DNA of 51,002 bases from Anthoceros angustus (taxonomy: Eukaryota > Plantae > Anthocerotophyta). A model generated the notes under the pieces. The model was not told the DNA's origin and made no database searches. It worked only from the letters and a program-made list of their open reading frames with translations. Within the stretch, counting starts at the first letter, position 1. Every line of letters begins with the position of its first letter. Positions 24,834-37,190 of this stretch are shown in pieces. The stretch is from positions 1-51,002 of the forward strand of contig VJWM01000340.1 of NCBI GenBank assembly GCA_010909165.1, given 5' to 3'. The translations under genes were made by a program, and so were the position numbers.

Positions 24834-25555
24834 GTGCTGGGTGATATTGAAAGAATAGATTTAGTTGATGCGAAACCACTGTTGCTGCCGTGAAACCCTT
24901 GTTTTCCATCCACATCCAGTTGTATTGAGCACCAGCCCGGACCGAATTCCCCAGCTGACGCCATATTCGTACTTCGCACCTGCCACTGCCGGTCAATAAC
25001 GGCGAGTCGCGCGAATGCGGCGCCTCCCAATGCCGGTTTTCCGACAGCACCGTTGCTGCAAAATGCGCACCGGCAACCATTTTATCGAATAAAACCGGAT
25101 TTGCATTGATCTTATCCGTATACTACAAACTTACGTTCACCTCCAGCACCGTAAATGCCCAGCCCCAGCGTAAAGCGATCGCCATCTATTATACGATACG
25201 CTATCGAAAGATCTGCTGTCAGTGACTGATAAGTTCCCGACAGACTCACCGAACTGCTGTTCGCCAATTCCGCCGAACATCATAGTGGATTGAACGCGAC
25301 ATCGAGGCCGGTCGATGCTGATGCTGGCAGCAAACCCAGTACCGAATCCTACACCTGTGATGGCCATCTGCGTGGATGGATAATCGCGCAGCTGCACATA
25401 ATTATCCCACCTTGCAGTTCAACCTGAAGACGGGTGATTGCTGTGCCATAACAAGCACAGAACTGATCATCGCCATTAAAAAGGATCGGTTTGAGGCAGA
25501 CATCTGTAAAATTGTGACCAAAACTAGCGTGCCGATCAACGAAAAAACGAGAGCA
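24826..25555 (-). CDS. Putative outer-membrane beta-barrel protein (possibly DUF3316-like partner of the S41 peptidase)
   Basis: Hydrophobic N-terminus and amphipathic, aromatic-rich segments; the stop overlaps the S41 start. Heavily frameshifted, so the family is inferred from context only. Confidence 0.35.
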
Positions 25556-25557
25556 TA

Positions 25558-25589
25558 CAAAGGTAACAATGAGTTAACAGTAAGTTAAA
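25558..25589 (-). promoter_or_regulatory. -7 box (TACCTTTG) plus three 11-bp-period repeats TTTAAC/GTTAAC/GTTACC
   Basis: + strand CAAAGGTA at 25558-25565; GGTAAC 25562, GTTAAC 25573, GTTAAA 25584. Confidence 0.55.
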
Positions 25590-25651
25590 CGTATTGCGTG
25601 AAATTTCGCCCAAATTGACATCTCAATCACCTCAATTTACGGTAAGCAACT

Positions 25652-26774
25652 ATGCGAAGAGTGGCACTGAACGGATCTATGTTAGACGAACATCCAACTG
25701 GTGTTGGTGTGTGCAACTTCAGGTCATTAATCACCTGGTGCGCCTGTATCGGAATTCCACCGATGCATCGGTAACCGTATTTACACCAACAGTGTCGAAC
25801 CCTGCCGACGATGCACAGGTGCGCAAACTGCCTGCCATTCTGCAATCGTCGAGGTATGGAAAATTTGCGGCTGCAGCAACTTGGCTGGAACATCATCTGT
25901 TACCCATTTGTTGGGAAAGATTATGCTGTAGCACGGTGAACCTCACCACACACGGGAATCTGTACGGCAATAACCAGATCCTAACCATACACGACTTGCT
26001 GTCGCTTCGCTTCGGAAACATCAGCCTTCACCAGCGTTTCTACTTCCGATGGATACTGCCCAGGATGGTCCAGCGTGCAAAAAAAAATCATTACTGTTTC
26101 CGAGACAACCAAAAGGACATCATCAGCTTCCTGGATTGTCCGGCGGAAAAATCGAAGTCGTTTACAATGGCTTTGACACGGATCATTTTTCCGGCTGAAT
26201 CTAGCACCACCATTTTGGACAAGTACGAACTCAGCAAATACCTGCTGGCGGTAGGGCCTACATACACACAAAATTTCCACCTGCTGCTGAAGGCTTTTCA
26301 GTTATTGCCGGAAGGAAAAAAAACAACACCATTGGTCATCATCGGTGGTTTCGAACCATATAAAAATGAGCTCCGTGGTTATTGCAACCAGCATGGGCTC
26401 AACGCAGATGTACATTTTCTGGGTTATGTGCCGCTGGCCGATCTTCCACAGTTGTATCGAGAAGCGATGTTCTGGTGTATCCCAGCCTTTATGAAGGTTT
26501 GGCGTGCCGCCACTGGAGGCGATGGCCTGTGGTTGTCGGTCGTATGTCTGATAGCTCATCTCTGCCTGAAGTATGCGGAAAGGCCGCCCTGTATTTTGAT
26601 CCCATGAATGAACGGGCGCTGTCTGAGAAAATGCTTCAGCTCCTGCAGATCCCGAACAGCGCGCATCCATGAAACAAAGGGCATTGAACAATCATCCAAT
26701 TTTTCCTGGGAAAAGACAGCCACCAAAATCAAAGACATCGTAGACCGACAATTAAGATTACCAGACTATGTATG
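25652..26774 (+). CDS. Glycosyltransferase family 4 (mannosyltransferase-like)
   Basis: MRRVALNGSMLDEHPTGVG, LTIHDL, VHFLGYVPLADLPQLY, VYPSLYEG, SSLPEVCGKAALYFDP, FSWEKTA. Confidence 0.88.
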
Positions 26775-27662
26775 ATATTACCTGTTCGATAGTTGTGTAC
26801 AACCATGCGTGGGCAGACGTCAAACCAACGATTCTGTCTTTTGTAAGTTGTTATTTTCTCCGGGTCAAACTCTACCTGATCGACAATTCCACCACCGACA
26901 AACTGCGGTACCAGATCGATCATCCGTCGGTAGAATACATTTTCACGGGAAAAAATATTGGTTTTGGTGCGGCGCACAATATCGCCATCAAAAGGTCCAC
27001 CCCATTTCCCGGTACCACCTGGTGCTGAATCCGGATGTCGAATTCAATCCGCAGATCCTGGTCAGCATCAAGAACTTCATGGAAAACGTCCCGACATCGG
27101 GCTGGTAATGCCGAAAGTATTGTACCGGGATGGAGAACTGCAATACCTCTGTAAGCGACTGCCTTCTCCCGGAGACCTGTTCCTGCGCCGCTTCATTCTC
27201 CCAGTTCAAGACCCTCCTGAAAAGCAGATGGACAAATACGAACTGAAGGACAAGGATTACAACAGCATCATGGACATCCCCAACCTCAGCGGATGCTTCA
27301 TGTTCCTGCGACTGAATGTACTGGAAAAAGCCGGTTACTTCGACGAGCAATATTTCCTGTACCTAGAAGACACCGACTTGGTGCGGCGCATCGGTTCAGT
27401 ATCTCGCACTGTCTATTATCCGCGGTTAGTATTGTACACCATTATGGAAAAGAGTCGTATAAAAATACGGACTGATGATACACCACGTGCAATCGGCAAA
27501 TATTTCAACAAATGGGGCTGGTTCAATGACAGCATCCGGCTGAGTGCCAACAGCAATATCAGCGCCCCGGTCAACATCACGGCCAAAGCCTTACCTGCCG
27601 TGCCATACCAGGAAAACGCCATTCCGCGAAAGGTGAAAACTGTCGAAACACACTTAAACTGA
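26768..27662 (+). CDS. Glycosyltransferase family 2 (WbbL-like)
   Basis: YLIDNS...NIGFGAAHNIAI...YHLVLNPDVEF, NLSGCFMFLR..VLEKAGYFDEQYFLYLEDTDL. Confidence 0.9.
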
Positions 27663-27667
27663 TTGTT

Positions 27668-28590
27668 GTGAAACGAGCAGAGGCATTTCCGTGATCATTT
27701 GCTGCTACAACAGCAACCGCATTACCAAGACGCTGAAAGCGCTAGCGAGGCAGGTGGTGCCCGGCAATATCCCTATGAAGTGATCCTGGTCAACAACAAA
27801 TGCACCGATGACACCGTTGACACCGCCGCCAATGCATGGTATTCACTCGATACCCCAGTTCCCCTGCTGATTGCGAACGAACCGAAAGCCGGACTGAGCT
27901 ATGCGCGGCTTAAAGGAATCGAGGCCTCATCTTATAGTGTTATCGTTTTCTGCGACGATGACAATGAATTTTTCCCGGACTACCTGAACGAAGCTTTTGT
28001 AGCCTAGAGGCAAACCCACAAGTTGCTGCCGTTGGCGGAAGAATTCCATTTTCGACGAAACCAAACCTCCTGGTTCGCCAACTACCAGGAGGCGTATGCC
28101 GTCGGCAAACAGGACATCGGCATGGAAAGCGGTGTTCTCCTTCCAATTGTACGGCGCGGGTATGGCTATCCGGAAAGACGCCTTTCTTCAGTTGCAACGC
28201 AGCGGCTACAAAACGGTAATGGAAGACCGAAAGGCCTGGAACTTTCCTCGTCTGGGGATACTGAACTTACGAATATCCTGGTGTTGATGGGTTACCCTGC
28301 AGTACAACGGCAAAATGCTATTCTACCATCACCTGCCCAAGGAAAGAATGACCGATGCTTACCTGCTCCGGTTGTTCACGGCATTTGGCAAAGACGGCCC
28401 TATGCGCAATCTGATGTATGCCCACCTGACCAAACGAAAACATTTTAAGCTGATCCGTAACTGGAACATCCATTTCCTGCTGGCGGTGGTCCGTTTGGTT
28501 AAATATTACATCACACCACCCAAACCCGGTGGCCGGAAAATATACAGGAATGGTCGATGGCCTACTGCCGATCGCTCCTTCAGTTGAAAG
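27668..28590 (+). CDS. Glycosyltransferase family 2
   Basis: GISVIICCYNS, EVILVNNKCTDDT, EPKAGLSYARLKG, VFCDDDNEF, SSGDTEL. Confidence 0.88.
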
Positions 28591-28648
28591 GCTCGTATAA
28601 GAACATGGACAAAAAGCTGGGTTCGTTGAAAACACCAATCCCCTGCCC

Positions 28649-29655
28649 ATGAAGAAATTTTACATTTCTCATTTCGATGATCATTCGGGTATTTCCAAAT
28701 ACTCGAATGATTTCTATCACCTGGTGCTCAAGCCCAAAAATATCATTTCAGGAAAGTACGTTGGAATTGAGTCAGGTGATGTCTGAAATAAGCTCGCAAG
28801 ACCAGTGCATATCGAAATTGGCATTTTCCAACACAACGAACTGAATATCCTGCTTGCTATGCTGAAAGCCGGTTACAAAAACATCACGGTTACGCTTCAC
28901 GACGCACCCCTCATAAAGTATCCATCTGTCGATTTCAACCAACCGGTATTGCGCAACTTGTCGAAACTGCTGGACCTATACGTTACACGGCACCGTGCTT
29001 CCCGGATCATGGCAAGGCAGTTGCAGCGGATTTTCATCATGTCCAGAACCGGTATCCTCGCTTCTCCAGGCTGTTCAACACAGACAATATCTATTACCTG
29101 CCGCACATCGTTGATCCAGAAGAAATTGTCGTCCCTACACTGACTTCAGACAGGCTCATCTATTTCGGATTCATCGGAAAAACAAGAACACAGCTTATGC
29201 CCTTCAGCTACACCAGTATTTGCTCAGGAAAAACCCGCGCTTCATTTGTCGGTAGTAGGCGCGGCCATCGGCAACCAAGATTACTACAATAGTCTGAAAA
29301 AGAATTCACCGTCAACGTAGATTTTACCGGATTTCTCAATGAAAACGAATTGTCAGACCGCTTTATCAAAACGACGGTAAGCCTGCTCCCTTTCCAGGAC
29401 TACAAAATTATGTACCGATCAGTGGAAGCGCACTGTACAGTATGAAAAAGGAAACATCGTTTCGCTTCACGGGTCAACGCATTGCCCGACCTGATCCAGG
29501 AAAAAGAACGGCTATTTCCTGACCGGCGACCTGAAAAAGATGCCGTCAATATCTTGACTTGCTGCATGAGCCGGATCGTATCCGGCACATGCAGCAATCC
29601 ATCCGAAATTATCTGCTGGACAATCACCACCCATCTGTCGTCGCTAACTATTTAA
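28649..29655 (+). CDS. Glycosyltransferase family 4
   Basis: MKKFYISHFDDHSGISKYS, TVTLHDAP, LIYFGFIG, VDFTGFLNE; frameshifted. Confidence 0.7.
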
Positions 29656-29664
29656 TGATGTAAG

Positions 29665-30529
29665 ATGTTATTCTCCGTACTCATCACGAATTACAACAAC
29701 AGCAGTTTTCTTCCGGAAGCCATCGACAGCGTTTTGGCGCAGACCTACGATGAATGGGAAATCATCCTGATCGATGATTGTTCTTACGACGGATTTGATT
29801 CGTGGGTGGCACCTTACCGGAGAAATGCGGATCAAAATCTAAGAACAGCAGGAACACCGGCTGCGGTGCGACAAAATACAAAACCACTTTGCTGGCATCA
29901 GGCGAGATCCTTGCTTTCTGGACGCCGATGACCGGCTGGCACCGACGGCACTGGAAGAAATGACAAACGCACACCGTCAATACGCCCATGTATCCATGGT
30001 TTACTCCACCCATTTTATCTGTGACGAAAAACTGGAACCACAGCGACAGGCAGAATATGTAAGGGCCATTCCAGCCAATAGTCAGTATTTATTACTCAAC
30101 GATGGGCGGGTGCATCATTTCGCCACTTTCAAAATGGACAAATACCGGCAAACGACCGGCATCAATCCCTACAACCAGAAAGCGGTGGATCAGGACCTGT
30201 ATTATAAACTGGAAGACGTGGGTGAATTGATACACATCGACAAACCTCTATTTTACCGGATACATGGCAACAGTATATCGAATGCCGGTCGGGAAAAAGA
30301 GGCGACGATCTATCATTTCAAGATCATCCTGGAATCCTGTCAGCGAAGGATCGCACTGCTTCGTTCTGCGGCCAGACCCGACCATGAACTGATCAGGCAA
30401 CTCACTGCGCGGTATTATAAAATTCTATTTATGTTGTCGTCAAGACAAGGTAACTGGCCAACTATGTTCAGCTCCTCTTCCGATTTGCGTTGTCGGGCGG
30501 TGCACCGAACATCGTCTCCTACCTGCTAA
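29665..30529 (+). CDS. Glycosyltransferase family 2
   Basis: FSVLITNYNNSSFLPEAIDSVLAQTYDEWEIILIDDCS, FLDADD, AVDQDLYYKL. Confidence 0.88.
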
Positions 30530-30671
30530 AATTACCGGGCGGCAGAATGAAAATATTGCGAAAGACATTTGACACCTATATAAAATAGACATCAGATAAT
30601 TAATATTAATTTGACGACGATCACGCATTAACGTAATACTGTTGTAATAGTTTTAGGTTGCAACCGGACAT

Positions 30672-31790
30672 ATGTTATTACTTTCATTCTGTTTCCTACT
30701 TTCGTTTTTGGTCACCCATTTCGGCATTAGGAAAACCATATTCATTTCAGGAGAAAAAATCTTTTGATCTTCCTACCGAAGAGCGAAAAATCCACAAATA
30801 CATACGTGCCCAATTTGGGCGGGGTCATATTTGCAACTATTTTTTGTTTTCTCGCTGTTGTCGGGGACAGTGGGCCATTTGCTTGGGATTACCGTTTGTC
30901 ATCTGCGGCTTCGCCATCATTTTCTCCACCGGGTTAACCGATGACCTGATCGCCATCAATCCGCAGAACAAATTCGCCTGCCAGGTATGCGCTGCGTTTC
31001 TGTTGGCAGGCCAGCCAATATTCGTTTTTCCATGGCTTCGGTGTTCCCGGTTTGGAAACCATGCCTATTGGCTGAGTCTTTCTGTCAGTATTTTCTTTAC
31101 CTGATCGTGATCAATGCACTCAACCTGATCGATGGCATCAATTGGCTCGCCAGTTCGATCAGTCTGACAATCATCACTTTCTTTCTGTTGTACTTTCCGG
31201 CATACATGCGCACCAACTGTCACTCTTCTCTGCGGCCAACGCCGGTGCACTGGTTTGTTTTCTCTGGTACAACAAAACACCTGCCCGTATTTTCCTGGGA
31301 GATTCCGGGTCGATGTACCTCGGCGCTGTGCTGGCCCTAATGTGCATCGAAATGTCCAATTCTGCCGCCATCACACCTAAAGCAGGCATTTTACCATCAA
31401 ACCGGTTTCCTTGTTGTTTGCCTTGCTGGCAGTACCGGTAATGGATACCCTAAGAATCTTCGCCTTGCGGCTCCGCATGAAAAAATCACCCTTTCTCGCT
31501 GATAGAAATCACATCCATCACAGATTGCTGGATGGGTATTCACACATCCAGGCATCGCTGCTGCTCGCAGCATGCACGATGGCACTGACCATACTGACCC
31601 TGCTGTCGCCGCTCAGCGACGCCATTCAATGTTGTTTGTCTTTATTGACCGGCGGATTGTTGTATGTACTGGAATACCTGCACCAACGTAAAACAAGAGC
31701 TGTCGACATCGTGGCAACACCCTTCCCGAAGACTTACATCCCGTTGAAGAGCCCCGGATCATCCGCATTACGCACAGCCGGAAAGAGCTG
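30672..31790 (+). CDS. wecA: Undecaprenyl-phosphate sugar-1-phosphate transferase (MraY/WecA family)
   Basis: ERKIH...PNLGG, GLTDDL, INALNLIDGIN, FLWYNKTPARIFLGDSGSMYLG, PVMDTLRIF.LRL....SPFLADRNHIHHRLL. Confidence 0.88.
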
Positions 31791-31834
31791 AGCACACAGG
31801 CAACGGCTTCCTCCCTCGCAGACCTGGTTGAGCA

Positions 31835-32736
31835 CTAGGGAAACTGGTAATTTTCGGGCAACCTCTCCAGCCACCTCCAGGCGATGATGCGGCTGAAATA
31901 CAGGAAGTGCCGCCAATGAAAATATTTCGAAAAGGCAAAACGGAGATAAATGCGGCTGACCTCGGCATTCGACATGTTCAAGTCAAACATCCGCTGTAGT
32001 AGGTTCCTGATAGACGTCCAGTGTTGGTGAACGTAATCACGATAGGTTAAGTCCCTTACGGTGATCGGCAATTCATCGGCCCATTTGTCGCTGATGGCAA
32101 TGGCGCTGCTTAGCCAGTGACGATCGAAACTTCCTTCGGAAAATGGTGCAGCAACACATCGAAAACCACAGGCCTTCCAGCCTGCCTGGTTGACCTGTAT
32201 GCAAAGTCGATATCGTACCCATGGAAGCCCGGTAACGTTTCTTCATCGAAATGGCATTTTCCATAACCGCACCGCCGGACAGGCGATAAATACGCCATCC
32301 ACGCAGGCAACGGGTGTGCGAACAGGTGGCGGAGAACCGTATGAGGAGTTGGTGATGCGAACGGGTGGTTTGTCGCCGTTCTTGGCGTACTGTACAAGCG
32401 ACATTTCACTGCTGTAAATCAGCGAAGACCAGGAAGAAGGCACTTTACCTTTCGTATCGCCCCAGCAACACCTACCAGGCCCAGTTCGGGAACTGAAAAA
32501 ATGGGCCAGCAGGTTAATGCCCCAGTCCTTTGTTTCGAATTGCACGTCTTCGTGTAGGAAACAGACGACGTCGAATTTCGTGCGGGAAAAACCCAGGTTA
32601 TAGGCTGCACAGATGCCCATGGCTGCCTTGCTGTTGTCGATGGCAATAAGTTCAAATGGCACACCGATGCTGGCAGCGACATTGTCGTAATGCAGACAAC
32701 ATCTCAGCACTTCTGCCAGATTACCAGTGAAATCAT
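31835..32736 (-). CDS. Glycosyltransferase (Glyco_tranf_2_5/StrF-like)
   Basis: MISLVIC, FELIAIDNS...GICAAYNLG...VCFLHEDVQF, VACVDGVFIAC, FHGYDIDF. Confidence 0.85.
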
Positions 32737-32739
32737 CTC

Positions 32740-33880
32740 TGCGATTGTAAGGTCCATAATTTTCGCCGCTGCCTCACTGGAATGGTGATGGGCTTTTACC
32801 CGCTCCAATGCCGCCTGGCCCAATGATTTTCTCAGGCATGGTCGCCATGGTCTGAATTTTCACCGACATATCGATCAGGTCAGCGAATGGACTGGTCATT
32901 CCGGCATCCTGGCGAATGAATTCCACCGCACCGCCGGCATCTTCAAAACACAAGGTCGGAATGCCAAAACCAGCCGCCTCCAGCACCACTACCGGAAAGG
33001 GTCTTCGCGCGACAGCAACAGGTGTCAAAAGCCGCCATGGTACTGATGTTGTCGCCATCGTGGGGCAATAAGGTTATTTGTCCGCCAAGTTTTGTTTCTC
33101 GATATCGAACACTTCGAAATAGCGCCGGTTGCTTTGCGTATTGTAACCCTTCCAAATGAAATGAACATTGATGTCGGGATAGAGGGTAGTGAAGGTCTTC
33201 ACCAGCGGAACAAAAGATCGAACCTTGCGCCATTCACTGTTTCCATAACCCCACCACAATGGCGTCTTTGTTGATGCCTTCCCGACGTTTCAGGGCCTGC
33301 ACTTCATCAGCGAACCTGGCCTTTGATCGTTCAGTGACCGGAATGCTGGAATACAATACCGATAATTTGTGCGCCGGTATCCCGAAATTGATCAGGTTTT
33401 TCCTTACCGCTTCTGAGCCGGTTAGGGAGAAGTCCGTATAGGTCAACACGGCATCGAGCGACACTTTGCTGGTGATTTGCCGGATGACGCTAGACATTTC
33501 ATGCACATAGGTCATGACGGATGCCCGGAAGGACCATTTTCTTCTGTATATGTCCGTTGCTGATGGTATTCAGAAACACCATTTTGACGCCCTTCAGTTT
33601 ATTCCTGATGGCCAAAAACGCCAACGCATTTTAATGGCGAACAGTTGCTTCTTCCATCCAGACAACAACTGACTGTCGCGCAAATCCTTTTGGTATAATA
33701 CAGATAAGTGGGTGCTATGGCAGAAAACTCGTCGAGCAGGTCGCCTTCTTCCATGACCAGAATGGAAAAGGGTATATTGGCGGTCTGCCTCAACACCTTC
33801 AGCATCTCCAACAAAATAAGCGGTGCGCCAGACCTGCTGGCATTGTGACTGACGAAAACAATTTCCGGATTATGCACTTC
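32740..33880 (-). CDS. Glycosyltransferase family 4
   Basis: IVFVSHNASRSGAPLILL, MTYVHEM, SREDPFPVVVLEAAGFGIPTLCFEDAGGAVEF. Confidence 0.85.
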
Positions 33881-33889
33881 AAATGACTT

Positions 33890-35110
33890 TATCGGTTTGG
33901 GGCTGACTGTAAATACAGATGGCACATTCAGTACACCAATATTCACTTGTCGCGAGTAATCGTTCAGCACTTTGAGTTTGGTGGGCGAAAACCAGGTGTC
34001 GATTAACGTAGCACCCGACATGATGCTGAATTCCAGCTCAAACTCGGCGTTCCAGATCGGAAAGGAGAAAGAAAAACAGCGAGGTGTTTCCGCTTTCCAG
34101 CAGGTGCACAGGTGCCGAATCATTGCTCGAACTGCTGTAGATGACAATATTATCATACTTCACATATAGCCGGACCTCTGCATTCCGGATGGCACTGTTC
34201 GCCTGCACGGAAACACTCAACTTTAAAGTATCGCGCGAATGACAGGCGTGTTTCATTACCGCCGGCACATCCAGCAATTCCCATTTTGTAAAATAAGCAG
34301 GCACATTCTCCGGAAGTGTTTTTGGTTCCATCGGCGTTCAACAGGAGTTGCCCTGGTACGCAGAAATTACTTCGGTAACGCCGCCATTCGACTTTATTTT
34401 TCCGTCTTCGAGCAATACTGCCCTGTTACATATCTGTTTGATCGAAGGGATGCTGTGACTGACCATCAGAATGGTACGACCATTTACAGCGGTGCTCTTC
34501 ATTTTACTGATGCACTTCTGCTGAAAGTCAAAATCACCCACGGCCAGCACTTCATCAATAATGAGAATTTCGGTTTCCAGGTGTGCGGCAACCGCAAACC
34601 AAGCCGTACATACATTCCGGAACTGTATCGCTTCACCGGTGTGTCGATAAAATCAGCAATACCAGAAAAATCGACGATCTCATCGAAGTGTTTGCTGATT
34701 TCTGCTTTCTTCATGCCAAGGATGGCACCGTTCAGGAAAATATTCTCCCTGCCGGAAAGATCGGGGTGAAACCCGTTCCTCCAATAGTGAAGAAAGCCGC
34801 CCATTTATACCTACCACACCACAGCTGGGCTTCGTGATCTTCGACAGAATTTTCAGCAACGTGGATTTACAGATCCATTTTGCCAATAATACCCACTACG
34901 TCGCCCTCGTTGATGGTGAGATGGATGTCGCGCAGACTCCAGAATTGATTGCCTTCAATTCGCGCGCCAGGTGTACCAGACATTGCCGCTGGCTTCTCTT
35001 TTCCAAATGCTGCCAGCAATTGTTCAATTCCGCTGAGATGGTACCGGTCGCATGTCTATTCAGCCGATACTTTTGGATACGCCCTCAAGCATGATAAGGC
35101 TGTTACTCAT
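33890..35110 (-). CDS. wzt: Polysaccharide ABC transporter ATP-binding protein Wzt with C-terminal Wzt_C domain
   Basis: [45 protein letters not shown]...[40 protein letters not shown]. Confidence 0.92.
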
Positions 35111-35252
35111 GTCTTCTCCGCATTATTGGTTCTGGATTTATTAAAACCGGAAATCGAAATTAGCGAGAACAATTTGTCCATCATATTATCTAAATGTAAA
35201 TCAGTTTTACTTCGATGATCAATTACATAAAGTAAATTTCTTTGCAACTCAG

Positions 35253-36330
35253 ATGATACCAGTAACAAAGCCATTCCTTCCGCCTGAACAAGATTACGCA
35301 CAATACGTATCCAGTATCTGGAAGCGCCATTGGCTTACAACAATGGTCCGTTGGTGAACGAACTGGAAATAAAACTTAAGCAATACCTGTCGCTGGATCA
35401 TCTGCTGTATACCACCAACGGAACGATCGCTTTGCAAATGGCAATCAAGGCACTTATGCTGAAAGGAGAAATTACAACGCCGTTCAGTTATGTAGCTACC
35501 ACTTCTTCCATTGTATGGGAAGGCTGTACGCCGGTATATGTAGACATTGATCCGCTTACGCTGAACATCAATCCCGATTTGATCGAAGCGGCCATTACAC
35601 CGGCAACGGTCGCCATGCCACATACCTATGGCAATCCTGCGATATCGATGCCATTGCTGCCATCGCCGAAAACACCAGCTGAAAGTGATCTATGATGCCG
35701 CGCACGGATTCGGCACTACCTACAAAGGCCGGTCAGTGTATTACTATGGCGATATTTTCCACCGCTAGCTTTCACGCCACAAAACTGTTTCACAGCATCG
35801 AGGCGGCGCGGTATTTACCAAAGACCCGGACATGCTACGCCGGTTGGCGTATATGCGCAACTTCGGGCACAATGGCGTTTACGATTTCGCTTCCATTGGC
35901 ATCAATGGAAAAAACAGCGAATTTTCAGCAACAATGGATTGGTGAACCTAAATTATGTGGATGAAATATTGGCCAAGAGGAAAATCCTTTGCGATCATTA
36001 CAGCAGCATCCTTCCCTATCTCCAAGTCAGAACGATAAATATCCAACCGATACTGTATACAATCATGCATATTTTCCCATCGTGTTTCCTTCGGAAGACA
36101 AACTGCTGCGTGCTTTGTTGATCCTCAACGAAAGCCTGATTTATCCGCGGCGTTATTTTTATCCAACCCTCAATCACCTCAATTACACCAACCAGGCAGA
36201 TCTTCCTGTATGCGACAGTGTCGGCAAATGTGTATTGTGTTTACCACTGTACGACACCCTTACTAAGGAAGAGATTGACCTGATCTGCCAGCTAATATTA
36301 CGCAGTACAAAACAACCCCTGATGCCGACC
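35253..36330 (+). CDS. DegT/DnrJ/EryC1/StrS PLP aminotransferase (VioA-like dTDP-amino-dideoxyhexose aminotransferase)
   Basis: MIPVTKPFLP, WLTNNGPLVNELE, TNGTIALQMAIKAL, TTPFSYVATTSSIVWEGCTPVYVDID, YDAAH, SFHATKLFHSIEG, RRYFYP. Confidence 0.92.
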
Positions 36331-37190
36331 CAGCCACGCCTAAGCGTCTGCATGATCACCTATAGGCATTCGGCCTATGTACAACAGGCGATCCATAGTG
36401 ATGATACAACAAACCGCATTTCCCGTGCACCTCTTTATTGGAGTGGATGTGTCGGACGACAACACACTGGCTTTGTGTCGGCGGGCAGAAACAATTTATC
36501 CTGGCTGCATCAACATCATCAGTTCACCGGAACGGGTAGGCATGATGGAAAACTTCCTGCGTACTTATCGTGCCTGTACCGGAAATTACATCGCCTTCAT
36601 AGAGGGGCGACGATTACTGGACCGACCCGTTGAAACTCCAAAACAGGTGGATTTGCTGGAAGCCGACCCCTCCCTGGTTGTTTGTTTCCACAATGCCATG
36701 AAACGTTTCGAAAACCAGATGGTGCCGTGGAGCGCCGTTCCACGACACGTACCTCAAGCAACGATACAATACCACCGACATGCTCGACCAATGGTTTGTA
36801 CCATCGGCATCGATTGTGTTCAAAACACCTGCGCAATTCAATTGCCCGACTGGTTCCGCCATTGCAAGAGTGGTGATATTCCCTTTCTGCTGCTCTGTCG
36901 CTCCATGGAGACGCATTCTATCTTCCAGAAACCATGGGCGTGTACAGAATCCACGATGGTGGCATCTCGAAAACACACAACGGCATGTTCAAGATAGCGG
37001 CATGGCTTATATTTTGGAGCAGTTCAATATTTACACGGGATACCGTTTTCGGGAAGCGATCTATAGTTCTCTCGAGCGCGAGATAAGACTGCATTTACCA
37101 TAGTTTCTCCTCTTACGGTTCGCCCAGTTGCAGCCAAAACAAAGTGCCAAAATACAGCTTCATCCACCGGATTCTCAATCAGTTTGGTTG
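36322..37190 (+). CDS. Glycosyltransferase family 2
   Basis: LSVCMITYRH..YVQQAI, DVSDDNT, ACTGNYIAFIEGDDYWTDP.KLQKQVDLLE. Confidence 0.88.
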
